Shown one piece after another: positions 11,050 through 23,851 of a DNA stretch of 64,000 nucleotides. Position numbers and translations under genes: made by a program. A model generated the notes under the pieces. The model did no database searches. It had not been told where the DNA came from and was given only the letters and a program-made list of their open reading frames with translations. Location of the stretch: assembly GCA_964252035.1 (NCBI GenBank), contig OZ176201.1. One strand, 5' to 3'. The stretch comes from Podarcis erhardii. Taxonomy: Eukaryota. Position 1 is the first letter of the stretch. Each line of letters begins with the position of its first letter.

Positions 11050-12954
11050 GATTGCACTGGTTTCAGTGGTGCTTACTTCCAGAAAATGGGTTTGGGCCAA
11101 CTTAACATTTTCTACCTGTTGACCTTTCCTCTTTTTCCTATCCGTGATCTGGGATTCACATTCAGCAGAATGAGGTGCTAATTGAGTGGCGAAATAAGAG
11201 TGCTGAGGTGATAAAATTGACTGGATCAGTTCAGGTAGTGGTGGTGGTGGTGGGGGGTGGAATCACATTTTAACATTCTTCTTTTTTTTTTAAAGGGAAA
11301 AAAATAAGAAACTAGTGCAGCAAAAGAACAAACTGGGATAGGACATTTCTCCCTGATTGGTTGGCCTCTTCCTCTCCCATCTTGTAGCAAGCCTAATAGT
11401 GGGAAAGCAATAAAAACAACTTTCTCCATCTGTACTCCAGTCCACTCTATCATCTCAGGAGTCTGCATAGACTAGACTGGTTTCACCTCCCAAGTGATCT
11501 GAGCAGAGATTGTGTCACATTTGTGATCTCCTCTGGGTTAAAGTTCACACTTTGGATGTGAACAGAAATGTTTAAAAGCAGTTTCAACTGCCCCATCCTT
11601 TTCATCAACATGCACCATAGACCACATTTCTGAACCCAGTTAGGTGGAACCCATTGAATTCAGTGGGTCTTACTTTTGAGGATGTGTCTCTAGGGCTGTT
11701 GAGATCCATAGCAATGTCACTTCCAAAAGGCATCTAGGCGAAAGTGCTTTGACCAGCTGTTAACCCAAAGTCTATAAAAACCAGTGATTGTCAATAAAAA
11801 GTAGCCTCTGGAGCACTTCTTAATAGATGAGCCGTAGGCGGAACAGTCCATGCCAAAAGAGTGGGATTTCACACTTGCTTGTCTGCCTGGGGATATATTT
11901 AGCAATTTGAATGCTCGTGATTTGATGAACAGTTGCTGCCTCATGAAACAGATGGCTTGCGAAATGATCTCTAGGAAGGCTATATAAGGTCAAACACCAA
12001 ACGTCCTTTCTCACATTTAATAGCACTGACATGAATGCTGAGTTTGGAAAATGGTGCTTGTAAGGCTGAGGTGCCAAAACTTTCTCAGTTTTGGAAACAA
12101 TGCAGTCGCGCTCTGGCCTTTTATTTTCAATAGTTGTTGCCATGTTTTTATCACACTGTGGTAAGTAGGCTGGATCTGGCATGTGGGTAAGAGATTACCA
12201 CTTGACCAGACCTGATCTGGGATGCCATTTGTATACAGAAGCCTCTTTTAGGGGGTGAATTCTCTTCTCTGGACTTGGATGTGGGAGTCTGCCACATGTC
12301 TTCATTCTCTGGTGAAGAACAATTCCCCACCATGTGTTCTGGTGAACATGAGAAAACGAAACTATCTTGATATTATTTTTCAAGTTTTAAACTCTTTCTT
12401 GCCCTCTTCAAATGAAGCTTTCCTGACAAGATGCTCAACTTAAAACAGTCATCTTGATGTAGTCACAAGCAATCTTTCCCCTAGAGGAAATAATCATTCT
12501 TGATCAAAAATGTCATTTTTTGAGGGAGGGGGAAAAGTAGAAGGCTCCATCACATAATTTATGAACAGAATCATCTGACACTTGATAGTAACAGAGAATT
12601 CTAACTCCTAGTGAAATTACTGGCTGCCAGTAAAAGATAATTCTTATGCAACCATTCCAGCAAAAGAAAAAAGAGAGGGGGTGCAGAGAGAAAAATGAAA
12701 TGAAATATTTGGCGTGTTATCTATTAGTCTATTGTACTTACTTGCTTTCTTTCAAAGTAATTGTGCAATAATGATAGTTCAGTAGATGTCATGCGTTGAT
12801 GGTGTTTATTCGCTATGCAAATTAAAATTAAAGTCAACTGAAAAATGGTTCTAAATTGTTGCAATTCTTGTCAATAGACTTGGTCTTTGGGGCTTTGAAA
12901 TCCTGAATCACAGCTTACGTTCTGGAAATGGGGCTCCCGCAGGACTTGACATGA

Positions 12955-13091
12955 AATCATAGAATTGTAAAGTTGGAAGGGACCCTGAGGACCATCTAGT
13001 CTAACCCCCTGCCATGTAACTGTCCCATACAGGGATTGAACCAATGACCTTGGCATTATTAACACCACGCTGCAACCAACTGAGCTATCCA
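12955..13091 (-). mobile_element. tRNA-headed SINE with CR1-like tail
   Basis: Reverse-complement homolog of 2128-2501. Confidence 0.85.
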
Positions 13092-14027
13092 TGCACTGAA
13101 GTTCCTTAAAATGAATGGAGATTACGCAGCTGCAACATTTGTTGGGGTCATCCCTTTAACTGGTGGAAAAAATATTGTTAAGGTTGGCAGGATTTTATGA
13201 TTACTTTGCTTTTTTATACTTAATAATTTATAGAGGCACCCGCAATGCATGATCCAAATCAGCCTTGTTAAGGGGTCGAGAGATTGAGATACAACAGCTG
13301 GCTGTGCTGTGGACAGTCAAAGGGATTTTTAAGGGATTTACTCATTATCATAGAAATCACATACTGTCTTGCCTTTCTCATTTGGTCTGATAGAGGAGGG
13401 ATCTATTCCTTGCTGCTACTCTTTCCCTCGGGCAAAAATGCCATTATCATAGCTGTGCCAGTTTCGCTCCTGTTGCTGTGGCAGAGCTGATCGGAATATT
13501 TTGCAGCAAAAGAAGCTTCTGCTAAAAGCGTTTGCTCTCGTTAAAATAAACAAACGCTGACAGTGTACCCACTTACCCATTTAGAGCACAAAGCAGTAGT
13601 TTATTTGACATACACAATGCAGAATTCTTTGCAGTCATCCTCAATAAGCTGCTTTTAATCCAGATATATTCTAGATCTTCAGCCCACAAGAGAGGGTGTG
13701 GTTACTGAAAATGTGTTTCGATATCCTCCTCTCGATGAGGTTTCCATGCCTTCTCCATGCCCCCCAACACAATAAAGAAGTAGTGGTTGTGGTTTTGGTG
13801 TACACCGCCACCCTCAGCAACACTGGGCAGGTATGACTACACTCCCTAAAGCTGGGGCCACCTCCATCTGTTATCAGTGAAGTCAATATGGGCTACTGAG
13901 TGGGCACTTCTGGAGAACCACAGCCAATTGCAGATCTCTCACAATTGAGCCTGCATAATGCATGTTGGGGGTGAGGGGGAAATCTTCTTTGCCATGCTAA
14001 TACATTGCATTTTTACAGAAGCATATA

Positions 14028-14382
14028 CAGTGGTGCCCCGCAAGACGAATGCCTCGCAAGACGAAAAACCCGCTAGACGAAAGGGTTTTCCGTTTTTCGA
14101 GGTGCTTCACAAGACGAATTTCCCTATGGGCTTGCTTCGCAAGACGAAAACGTCTTGCAAGTCTTGCAATTTTTTTCGCTTTTTTCTCCCTTTTTCTAAG
14201 CCGCTAAGCTGCTAATAGCTGCTTAGCCGCTTAGCCGCTAAGCCACTAAGCCGCTAATAGCCGCTAAGCCGCTAATAGCGCTAATCCGCTAAGCCGCTAA
14301 TAGGGTTGCTTCGCAAGATGAAAAAACCGCTAGACAAAGAGAATCGCGGAACGGATTCTTTTCGCCTTGCGAGGCACCACTG
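14028..14382. mobile_element. Tigger/pogo-type MITE family C
   Basis: TA-flanked TIR cagtggtgcc(c)cgcaag / cttgcgaggcaccactg; internal (taagccgc)-type short repeats; homologous to 55875-56204. Confidence 0.9.
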
Positions 14383-14505
14383 TAGCAAATTGTATGCATG
14401 CCATCTAATGGAAGATGTGGAGTGGCTTTTAGATCTGAAATTCTGAGGTCATTCACAAATCTGCTCGCAGCAAACCTGCTCACAAATCACACAGTAAAGC
14501 CAGTG

Positions 14506-14837
14506 TAAAGGTAAAGGGACCCCTGACCGTTAGGTCCAGTCACGAACGACTCTGGGGTTGCGGTGCTCATCTCGCTTTACTGGCTGAGGGAGCCAGCGTA
14601 CAGCTTCCGGGTCATGTGGCCAGCATGACTAAGCCGCTTCTGGCAAACTAGAGCAATGCACGGAAACACCATTTACCTTCCCGCCGGAGCGGTACCACTT
14701 TGATGTGCTTTCGAACTGCTAGGTTGGCAGGAGCTGGGACCAAGCAACGGGAGCTCACCCCGTCATGGGGATTTGAACCGCGACCTTCTGAATGGCAAGC
14801 CCTAGGCTCTGTGGTTTAGACCACAGTGCCACCTGCG
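14506..14837 (-). mobile_element. Sauria SINE
   Basis: taaaggtaaagggacccctgacc..ccacagtgccacctgcg. Confidence 0.95.
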
Positions 14838-14839
14838 CT

Positions 14840-14985
14840 GTAGTGTTGTGGATAGTATCAGGCTAGGACTGTAGGGGCTGAGGTTCAAATCCCTACACTG
14901 TCATGAAGTTCACTGAGTGATCTCGGGCCAGTCATTATCTCTATGTCTAATCAACCTCATAGGGCTGTTGTGAAAATAAAAATGC
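14840..14985 (+). mobile_element. Squam3-like tRNA SINE, degraded
   Basis: gtagtgttgtgg..ggttcaaatccc..gtgatctcgggccagtca..aacctcatagggctgttgtgaaaataaaa. Confidence 0.6.
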
Positions 14986-15665
14986 CACACCTGCTTTGGC
15001 CCTGAGCCGCAGGGTTGTCGATATTTCATTAAGTTCCCTAAAGTTTGGACAAAATACCCTATCAGCAAAGCCTCTGTTGAAAAGCAGGGCCATCTTCTTA
15101 GCAGCCTCTTTCTCACCGCAGATCAACTTATGCTTCCACAAATAGAAAGCAGATATACATCACACACATACAATTGCAGAGCAATGCAAATAAGTGAACA
15201 TGACTAGTTAACTTAGTGGAAAATTTCCTCTTGATACCAGATACTGCAAATAGGGCAACCGATTGTTAAAACAGATCCCCTGCAACATCTGTCAGTGAAG
15301 CTTGTCAAACACATTTCACTCAGAGCTTGAAACAAGGCAATGGAAAATGGGAAGATTAAACACAGATTAGACCAACCTGCTTTGTGCAATTTAGTCTCCT
15401 TGATTGCAGATGTTTACCTTACCATAAAAATCACATCAGTTTAATAAAGCTCATTCATATGAACATAATTTATATTTTGAGCCGGGTGATGCTCATATTA
15501 ATATTTTTAGTTAGTCCATGCTTTTCATTGGAAAACTCCTTCCTAGCTATTCTCATTTCTTCTTATCTATGGCGTTTAATTTCAATAAGTAAGAAATCAC
15601 TATCCACCCACCTGGTCTATACTGAAGCTGAGTATATACCGATGGAAAAGTGGCTCCCCATTCAT

Positions 15666-15678
15666 GTTAATGAATAAC
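15666..15678. promoter_or_regulatory. HNF1-like palindromic site
   Basis: GTTAATGAATAAC, one mismatch from GTTAATNATTAAC. Confidence 0.3.
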
Positions 15679-16393
15679 ATTTATACAATGTGGATTGGCT
15701 CTGAAGGCTAGAATGACCATATTAATATGGAGGTGCTGCTACTGAAAAGAAAGATATCTCAGCTTCAAGATACCTAGTGGCTTTGATAGCTTGAAGTATT
15801 TTTTGCCAGTTGCGACAGGTGTGCCAGTTGAAATCCTTCAAAGACATAAATTGCCAGCCCTCTGTTATCTGTGCTCAGGGAGCTTCTTGTTTAGATTATT
15901 TCAGGGCGTGTTATATATAGGACTGGAAATGTTAGAATATGTCAGCACAATAATAAACTGGGCCCAAGTGTTTGGCGCATGTCACTCTAGTTTTGGAACA
16001 GCTACCTCATTGCCAGTCCATTTCTGGACAAAATTAAGAACACTGGACTTTTTTTAACCTAAGCAGGTTGGAAGCAGGTTACCTTAACATCTGCTTCTTC
16101 CCACGTGAATCTGCTGTTATTGAGATCAACCTCAGAGACCCTGCAGAGAGGGGACCTTTTCAGTTGTGGTTCATAGGAATTTAGGCCTTTGGTCTATCTA
16201 TCTCAGTATTGTCTACAGTGACTAGCAGGATTCCACACATGGAGTCTCTCCTAGGATCTCCTGTATGCAGGGCAGATTCTCTGCCCGTGAGCTATGGTTT
16301 CACACAGGCATCTGATTGGACATTCTGATAAAAAGGATGTTATATGGGCCTTTGGTTTGATCCAGAATACTTTTATTGTATTATGATCACCTA

Positions 16394-16730
16394 TGGCCCT
16401 CTCCCTGAAGGAGCGTCTCCACCCCCATCGTTCAGCCCGGACACTGAGGTCCAGCTCCAAGGGCCTTATGGCTGCTCCCTCACTACGAGAACTGAGGTTA
16501 CAGGGAACCAGGCAGAGAGCCTTCTCGGTAGTGGCACCTGCCCTGTGGAATGCCCTCTTATCAGATGTCAAGGAAATAAACAACTATCTGACTTTTAGAA
16601 GACATCTGAAGGCAGCCCTGTTTAGGTAAGTTTTTAATGACTGATGTTTGATTGTGTTTTTAATATTCTGTTGGAAGCCACCCAGAGCGGCTGGGGAGGC
16701 CTGGCCAGATGGGCGGGGTATAAGTAATAA

Positions 16731-16781
<51 letters not shown>
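16394..16781 (+). mobile_element. L2 3' fragment with (TTA)n tail
   Basis: LKERLHPHRSARTLRSS..RAFSVVAPALWNAL..FRRHLKAALFR (L2 ORF2 C-terminus) plus 3' UTR. Confidence 0.9.
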
Positions 16782-16784
<3 letters not shown>

Positions 16785-17500
16785 TCTTTCAAGGTTCGAT
16801 CATTTTTGTCCCAAGTAAGGACACTGTCCATATTTCTTCTTTCGGGTAGCAGGTGAAAACATTTTAATTTGCTCGGGGTTTCTTGAGTTTTTTTCCTTTT
16901 TGTCTTTTAGCTATTTAGGCTAAAAGGATTGCTGAGGATGAAACAATGTTTTTAGATTCACTGTTGCTCATCAGCTTCTCAGCATGTGATAAGCTTTCAT
17001 TCTCCAACTGTGAAGGCCTCTCTTTTCCAGGCTCTAAAGAGATCTGCACATAATAATGTATGTATTGATGTTGTGTTTATCGTGGCTTGCTTGCTATTAT
17101 GGTGCTGAAAGGATAGCGCCTACTCCTAAAATCTGTCAGGGTATAGATCGGGAGTAGCTAAACATCCTGCTTATTTGTTGATAGAACTAAATGAAGCCTG
17201 TGTTATAGCTCCAGAGGAGTGAATGTTACTTTATACATTCTTATGCCAATGTGTTTTTTTGGGGGGGCATCTGAGGACATAGCCTTGCCTAATATGTTGC
17301 AATATTTGGTTAGAGAATGCTGCTTCACCTATATGAGAGCAAAAGTTCCCAGAAGTTTCTTGGTAAAGCATGTATGCATTATTTAAAATTCAATGAAACA
17401 AAGGTGCAGTTGTTTCAGAAACAAAATCTGCTATGATCTTTCCCTGTCGTGGGCTTTCATTCGAAAGGCCAATGTATTTGTTAAGAAAAATAATAATGTA

Positions 17501-17723
17501 CAGTGGTACCTCTGGTTAAGAACTTAATTCGTTCTGGAGGTCGATTCTTAACCTGAAACTCTTCTTAACCTGAGGTACCACTTTAGCTAATGGGGCATCC
17601 TGCTGCTGCCACGCCGCCGTACGATTTCTGTTCTCATCCTGAAGCAAAGTTCTTAACCCGAGGTACTATTTCTGGGTTAGCGGAGTCTGTAACCTGAAGC
17701 ATCTGTAACCTGAGGTACCACTG
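17501..17723. mobile_element. Tigger/pogo-type MITE family A
   Basis: cagtggtacctctgg / gaggtaccactg. Confidence 0.9.
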
Positions 17724-17942
17724 TGATGCAAACTTCTTGGGCCTGCACCACTTTAGAATGAGGAAGAAGGATTTGCTCCTGCAAATCAAAAATACCCTTC
17801 TTCCTTTTTTGCTAGCTTTTCATGGGTAAGCTTTTGCACACTGTTTTAACATTCAGCATTTAAACATGCAGTTTCAGTAATATCAGAATTAATTCTGTCA
17901 CCTGCGTGTCATCATTCAAATTAGCACTGCCGTTGTATAGTT

Positions 17943-18039
17943 AGTGTGGGGACCCTGTGGCTCTCCAGATGTTGTGGTATCCCTGACCATTGGCCACGAG
18001 GGCTGGGGCTGATTGGTGATGGAGTCCAACAAGTCTCCC
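17943..18039. mobile_element. Old hAT-like MITE remnant (ctgtggccctccagatgtt family)
   Basis: ggggaccctgtggctctccagatgttg..ccctgaccattggcca..gctggggctgat; related remnants near 27520-27575 and 61777-61903. Confidence 0.55.
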
Positions 18040-19366
18040 ACTTCTGAACTGAAGTACCGTTCCTTCCCAAAGTACAGCACTACTAAGATCTGTTGACTTT
18101 TTGGTGGCTGGATTGGGCCTTAATATTTTACTGGGAAATTAAGCTAAAAAAAGCTCACCGCCAACAGAATGTAAACGACAAAGTGGTCATGCAAATAAGT
18201 CTGTAAAGAAACTCAAATTGACACACAGTTTAAAAATAACGCGTGTAAAAATAGGAACACAAGCAATATGAAAGGTTAGGATCTAATTAATTTATACAAA
18301 GACCTTAGTAGTGTCTAGATATATTGGTGTTGTTTGTGCTAATCTTTTTCCAAAGCTGTTGAACAGAAATAGCCTATTATGCAACTCAATGGAAAGCCGT
18401 TCCATCTCACTGAACATGTAAAATGTTCCATCCTTCACCCCTTCTTGGTTTTTTTAGCTGTTGACACTGTTTACCTGAGACTATGCTACAGCTTTATCCC
18501 TTTGTGGCTGCATCTACCAAGCCTTTGACCACAGAACTGAATTGATAATATTTGTGCATTAATACAGTTATCCTTTCCCAGGTGTTAATCTTTGCTAGAG
18601 GCTGTAGGCTGATAAATGATTTGGACAAAATGAATGCCAACGCCTACACTTGGCACAAATAGAAAGCAAATTGACATTAGATTTTAGGTGTTAAATGTCA
18701 ATAGCATTTCACCCCTTCACAATCCACAGTGTGTACACACCAAGTTTCGACTGACTGATAATAAAATTGTGCAGATAGAAAAGGCAATCAAACCCATTGT
18801 TTACAAGGCTGCTATAACAGAATGATGAATAGGAGATGTGAGCTGGGAGTTTTATTTAATGAGATCAGTGAGTCCTTGGATATGGAGAGAAAACCAAACG
18901 CCGTGGGATGTGTGTGGCCACATGATGCTGTTATCCTTGAATGGCGCACTTGACTCCTGAGCTAAAGTAGCAGTGATTTTTCATGCATGTTGTAGCTTAA
19001 GGAGAGGTGGACATAAGCTTAAGGGCAAAAGGCCTGACCTTTTCTTTAAAAAAGTATTAGGCAGCAAATAATTAGAAATGGACCTTCTTTGGGCACAAAG
19101 TTCTAGAGCCTGTAAATAGCTGTTGAGAAGGTTGGAGAATGAGCTCAGATGCATATGGAATCTGATACGGAAGGGGGGGCATGTCTTCTTCACCTTCTTC
19201 TTCGCTACAATATATCAATTTATTTCCAATTGTCAATGTCAAAAGGGACTAAAATCTATAAAATCCATAGAAAATCAATGTGCCAATTTGCTCAATTTCT
19301 CTAGGACTCCATCACCCCTCCCCTGTCCTCCATAATCCCTCAAGTAAGGTGTCAAGAACCTAATCC

Positions 19367-19836
19367 TGTCAAATCACTCTGCCAAACCTTTCCTCCGGGC
19401 AATGCCAGGTGACAGACTATGCATACATGGACCATTGTCTTCCCATCACCGGCACTCAGGAAGTGCTTATCTGCGCATATCTCCAGCTCTGCATATTCCC
19501 CCCTCCCTCCTCCATATGTTAATCCGGTGTAACCCAACCTCTCCTTAATGTATTCATGATGTAATCTGTGTAACCCAACCTTTCCTTAATGTATTCATGA
19601 TGTAACTGGGATGTATTTTGCACTGTATTCTGGGACATGGAGGGAGTTTCAAAAGTTCATGTCACCCCTTTCTCGCTGTTCAATCTCGTCTTGAACCTGT
19701 TGCGCAATAAACTTGGATCTTCTGCAGTTTGCTCCTGTGCCCGGCTGAGCTCATTTTCTTCCGCAGGGACCCGCGGACACTTAGTCCAATGAGCTGGGTG
19801 GCAGAGTAGCCCCGCACCCAGATTTTAGCCGTAACA
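19367..19836 (+). mobile_element. Solo LTR-like element
   Basis: TGT...ACA termini, flanks aatcc/aatca (4/5 TSD), AATAAA near 19706, internal 41-bp tandem duplication. Confidence 0.65.
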
Positions 19837-19904
19837 AATCACAGACAAGGCAGGGGTTGTCAGTAATAACCATCATCTGTTCATCATTTAAAGGTCACCT
19901 GGTT

Positions 19905-19906
19905 AG

Positions 19907-19941
<35 letters not shown>

Positions 19942-19942
19942 A
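19905..19942. repeat. (GTT)n microsatellite
   Basis: Direct reading. Confidence 0.95.
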
Positions 19943-21574
19943 ACCTCTGGTATCAAAAGGAGGCCAATTATACCTATAGCTCTTTTACCAATCCATGTTT
20001 TCTTCCTTCCTTGAGAAAAAGGAACACAGTTTGAATGAAAGACAAATAAATGGAAGTGCCTTTTCCTTCCCTTCGGAAGGAAAATGACAGGAAGATAGTT
20101 ATTTGGATCAAGGGAAGAAACAGTTTGTTTCCCTCTGTCTTGAGACCTTTCTTAAGTTGTGCATGTGGGGTTTGTTTTGTTTTGTTTTGGTTACCTGTTA
20201 CACTGAGAGAGAGAAATAAAACGAAGCCAAGGTAAAATTTGTTATATATTACAGCCATCCCCAGAGTCTCACAGTCCTCTCAAGTGAAATCTTGGATTAA
20301 AATGGCCATCGTAAGGATTTTTAAAATAGGTATTAAATAAGCCTGCCTGACTCATCATAGGTGTATGGAGTGGACACACGGGCATGCAAAATTGCTTATT
20401 TTGGAAGACATTTTAAGGCTTAGCCAAATTTTTCAGAGCAATGGCGAATACAGGGGATTCCCCGCCCCCCCCATTCATTTAAACTTTGAAACAATAAATT
20501 TGAAATGACCGGTGGCAACAACTTTGTAACGAATGCCACTGATCCAAACCTATAATCAATTGAACATGTTATCCCCCTTTCACATCTGAACAACAGGTTC
20601 TGAGTGAACATGAACCTGATAGTCTCTGCCTGTCTTAGGCGTGGTTTTTATCACCTGATCATGCCTGAAGCCTAGACATTCAAGAATCCATCTCTGACAA
20701 CCTTATTCACTTGCTGCTGAAGCTGGCAGAGAGCACTTCTGCTAATAGTATTCAGTTCTTCTGCTTGTCTAAGCCAAAGGTCTTTCAAGGATTAGCCCCA
20801 TCTTCTGGTGCCGACACTTTTGGAGGCATACACCCCGTGCAAGGCAGCTTGTGAAAATTAAAGCCACAATGAAATGTATCAATAAAGTACAGTACAGGCA
20901 GGCAGGACAGATTGAAATAGTCATCAGTGCAGACCCTTACCTAAAGCAGTTCAGCAAAAGTCTGCTGGTGTAGGAAAGTCTCCACCAATTGACAAAAAAT
21001 GGTGAAAGGGTCGTGGGAACAGCAGAGGACAAGGTGTTCCACAATCTTGGTCTTTCCCCCCACAAAGCAAATAAATTAAAAACGGGGGGGGGGGGGGCAC
21101 CAGGCAAGCCTTCAAGTATTGTGCAATCACAGTAAGTGGACTTACCTACACATTCCTTGTGGGCGGAAGCCTACAAAAAACTAACAAGTACCAACCAGTT
21201 GGAACTGTAGAGAACTGGGTTTGAATCCTTGTTCCTATGGTAGGAGGAGAGAAGACGTTATGCCTGAGAATGCATAGACAGTGGTGCTGAAGTTGTTACT
21301 TGACATGGGTTTGTTTCTGTTAAGAATAATAAGATATTATTTACTGTTACATTGTTATGCCTGCTGTTTTACAGACCTTTAACTGTGAATTTTACTACTT
21401 AAGTTAACTCAGCGAGGCTGCTCACAGTATTCAATGCATTTTTCATAAACATTTTTTAATATGTTTTGGGGGTTTGGTTGTTTACTTTAAAAATTGAATT
21501 AACTTTTATTGTCTGAAGTACTATTGCGTAATATATTTGCATTTCTCCTGCTTGTTCGGTTTTCATATGCTATA

Positions 21575-21808
21575 CAGTGGTACCTCAGGTTACAAACACC
21601 TCGGGTTACAAACACTTCTGGTTACATACTCCGCTAACCTGGAAGTAGTACCTCGGGTTAAGAACTTTACCTCAGGGTGAGAACAGAAATTGTGTGGCGG
21701 TGGCAGCGGGAGGCCCCATTAGCTAAAGTGGTACCTCAGGTTAAGAACAGTTTCAGGTTAAGAATGGATCTCCAGAACGAATTAAGTTCGTAACCAGAGG
21801 TATCAGTG
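21575..21808. mobile_element. Tigger/pogo-type MITE family A, right TIR running into (TG)n
   Basis: cagtggtacctcagg...gaggtatcagtg then (TG)n. Confidence 0.85.
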
Positions 21809-21956
21809 TGTGTGTGTGTGTGTGTGTGTATGAATGAATATATTTTAGTTTCATTGTGGATCTGAAAGCAGAGAGGTGACAAGGGATGGATTTCCATCTT
21901 TCTTAAAGAAGTCCTCAGGAAAATGTACACACACATTTGTTGACATTTCCAATATA

Positions 21957-22216
21957 CAGTGGTACCTCTGGTTGCGAACGGGATCCGTTCTGGAGGCCCG
22001 TTCGCAACATGAAAAGAGTGCAACCCACAGTGGCACATCTGCACATGCACGGGTTGCGACTCGCTGCTTCTGTGCATGCGCACGACATCATTTTGTGCAT
22101 CTGTGCATGTGCGAGCGGCAAAACCCAGAAGTAACCCTTTCCAGTACTTCCAGGTCACCGTGGGACGTAACCTGAAAGAACGTAACATGAAGCAAACATA
22201 ACATGAGGTATGACTG
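21957..22216. mobile_element. Tigger/pogo-type MITE family B
   Basis: TA-flanked cagtggtacctctggttgcgaac / gaggtatgactg. Confidence 0.9.
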
Positions 22217-23268
22217 TATACATTTCATAATTTTGCCCTCCAAGTCATGGAAGGCTGCAAACATAGCACAGGTGAAGTGCCAAAGGGGGCAGGACTTTTC
22301 CCCCAAGTGAGTAAGCAAAATGTGTGGGAAAGTTTATTATATGGATTTACATGACACGTGTCTCTGACATGGCTTTTTAATGTGAGCCTGCAGTGGAGCT
22401 GGCTAAGGGAAGGAAGGGAGGAAGCTGCCTGGAGGCTCATCCTACTGTGCCAGGATACAACATATGAAAAAAGAAGAGAGGGCAAGCAGCTGTTTTCTGG
22501 CCACTGAGGGGTAATACAAACTTCAGAGACCCGTCTCCTCTTCCTTCCCATCTTCTATCCCTCTGCACTTTCTCCCTGCAGCTTGAGTTTGCTCCAACAT
22601 TTTCAGAATCTAGTCCAGTTGCTGTCACTCAATGTACCTCTCTTGCATGCCTTAAGAATCCTGCATTACCTGAGATTATAGGGACAAAATGTTCCATTTG
22701 GTGGGTTTACGGCGTCCATGAAAAGCTGTGCAAACAGTTTACTCTGGTTTCAAGAGGAGGGTGGAGGAAGAAGGAAGGATGAAAAGCTGTGAGCGGATCT
22801 GAACCACGACTGATGAATAGTTCAGATTTGTGGTTGTCTTGCCAGCACACCTGTAGAGAACCATACTGTGGTGAATAGATTCTATTTATTCAAAATAGAA
22901 TAGAATAGGAAAGTTGCAAGCAATAGATCAGCCCAATTAACCGAATAAATAGAGAGCCCAGGCAGTGAAGTTTCCTAAGGCAAGAGGGATCAGCTCTCTC
23001 CCAACTTCTGGGCACATTTACAAGCTCATCCTGTGGCTCTGCAACAAAGGACTGGGAAGAATTCGTCCTCCTTGCCACACAACCCTTGGGTATATGAACT
23101 TGACTAGAGCCCTGTGGCCCCACCAGGTCAGTGCTCACCCCAGAGGAGCACATGCCAGACCTCCCTCCATTTTGTACCCCTAACCTTTGGTTATAACAAT
23201 GTCAAATGGCTGCTGCTTGACATGGCTAGAGGCTCTATGGGGAGGTGATGCATTTCCACTACAACTGG

Positions 23269-23406
23269 GAGATCCTCCAAGTGCCCCCATTTTCTGGGGA
23301 CTGTCCCGGATTTCCAGAAGCCATCTTGGTTTCTGATTTGATCCTGGACTGTCCCACTTTCCCTTAAGACGTCCCTATTTTCATCGGAGAAATGTTGGAG
23401 GGTATA
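23269..23406. mobile_element. MITE with ccctccaa/ttggagggt termini
   Basis: gatcctccaagtg..gtccctattttcatcggagaaatgttggagggtat; partial copies at ~41570-41608 and ~49243-49343. Confidence 0.7.
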
Positions 23407-23409
23407 GTG

Positions 23410-23851
23410 TTATGTGATCCCTGAAACAAGGAAATAAATAACTATACAGTGGTACCTCTGGTTGTGAATGGGATCCATTCCGGAGGCCCGTTCGCAACAT
23501 GAGCAGAACGCAATCTGCGTCTGCGCGTGCGCGGGTCGCGATTTGCCACTTCTGCGCATGCGTGTGACATCATTTTGCGCATCTGCGCAAGCGCAAGCGG
23601 CAAAACCTGGAAGTAACCCTTTCTGGTACTTACGGGTCACCGTGGGACGCAACCTGAAAATGCGGAACCTGAAGCAAACGTAACATGAGGTATGACTGTA
23701 CAACCTTTAGAAGACATCTGAAGGCATCTCTGTCTAGAGAAGTTTTTAAATGTTTAATTATGTTTTTAGATATGTTGGAAGCCACCCAGAGTGGCTGGGA
23801 CAACCTAGTCAGATGGGCCGGGGTAGTATTATTATTATTATTATTATTATT
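23410..23851 (+). mobile_element. L2 3' end interrupted by MITE B
   Basis: caaggaaataaataacta[MITE]caacctttagaagacatctgaaggc..ggaagccacccagagtggctggg..(tta)n. Confidence 0.8.
23447..23698. mobile_element. Tigger/pogo-type MITE family B nested in L2
   Basis: TA-flanked TIRs as at 21957. Confidence 0.9.

Noticed and set aside
12815-18200. Several ATGCAAAT octamers (12815, ~15183, ~18190)
   Set aside because: The count is about what chance gives for an AT-rich 8-mer in 64 kb.
22797-22827. Hairpin atctgaac/gttcagat around CTGATGA as a snoRNA or ribozyme
   Set aside because: Too short, box C/D order is wrong, and no GAAA or stem partners.
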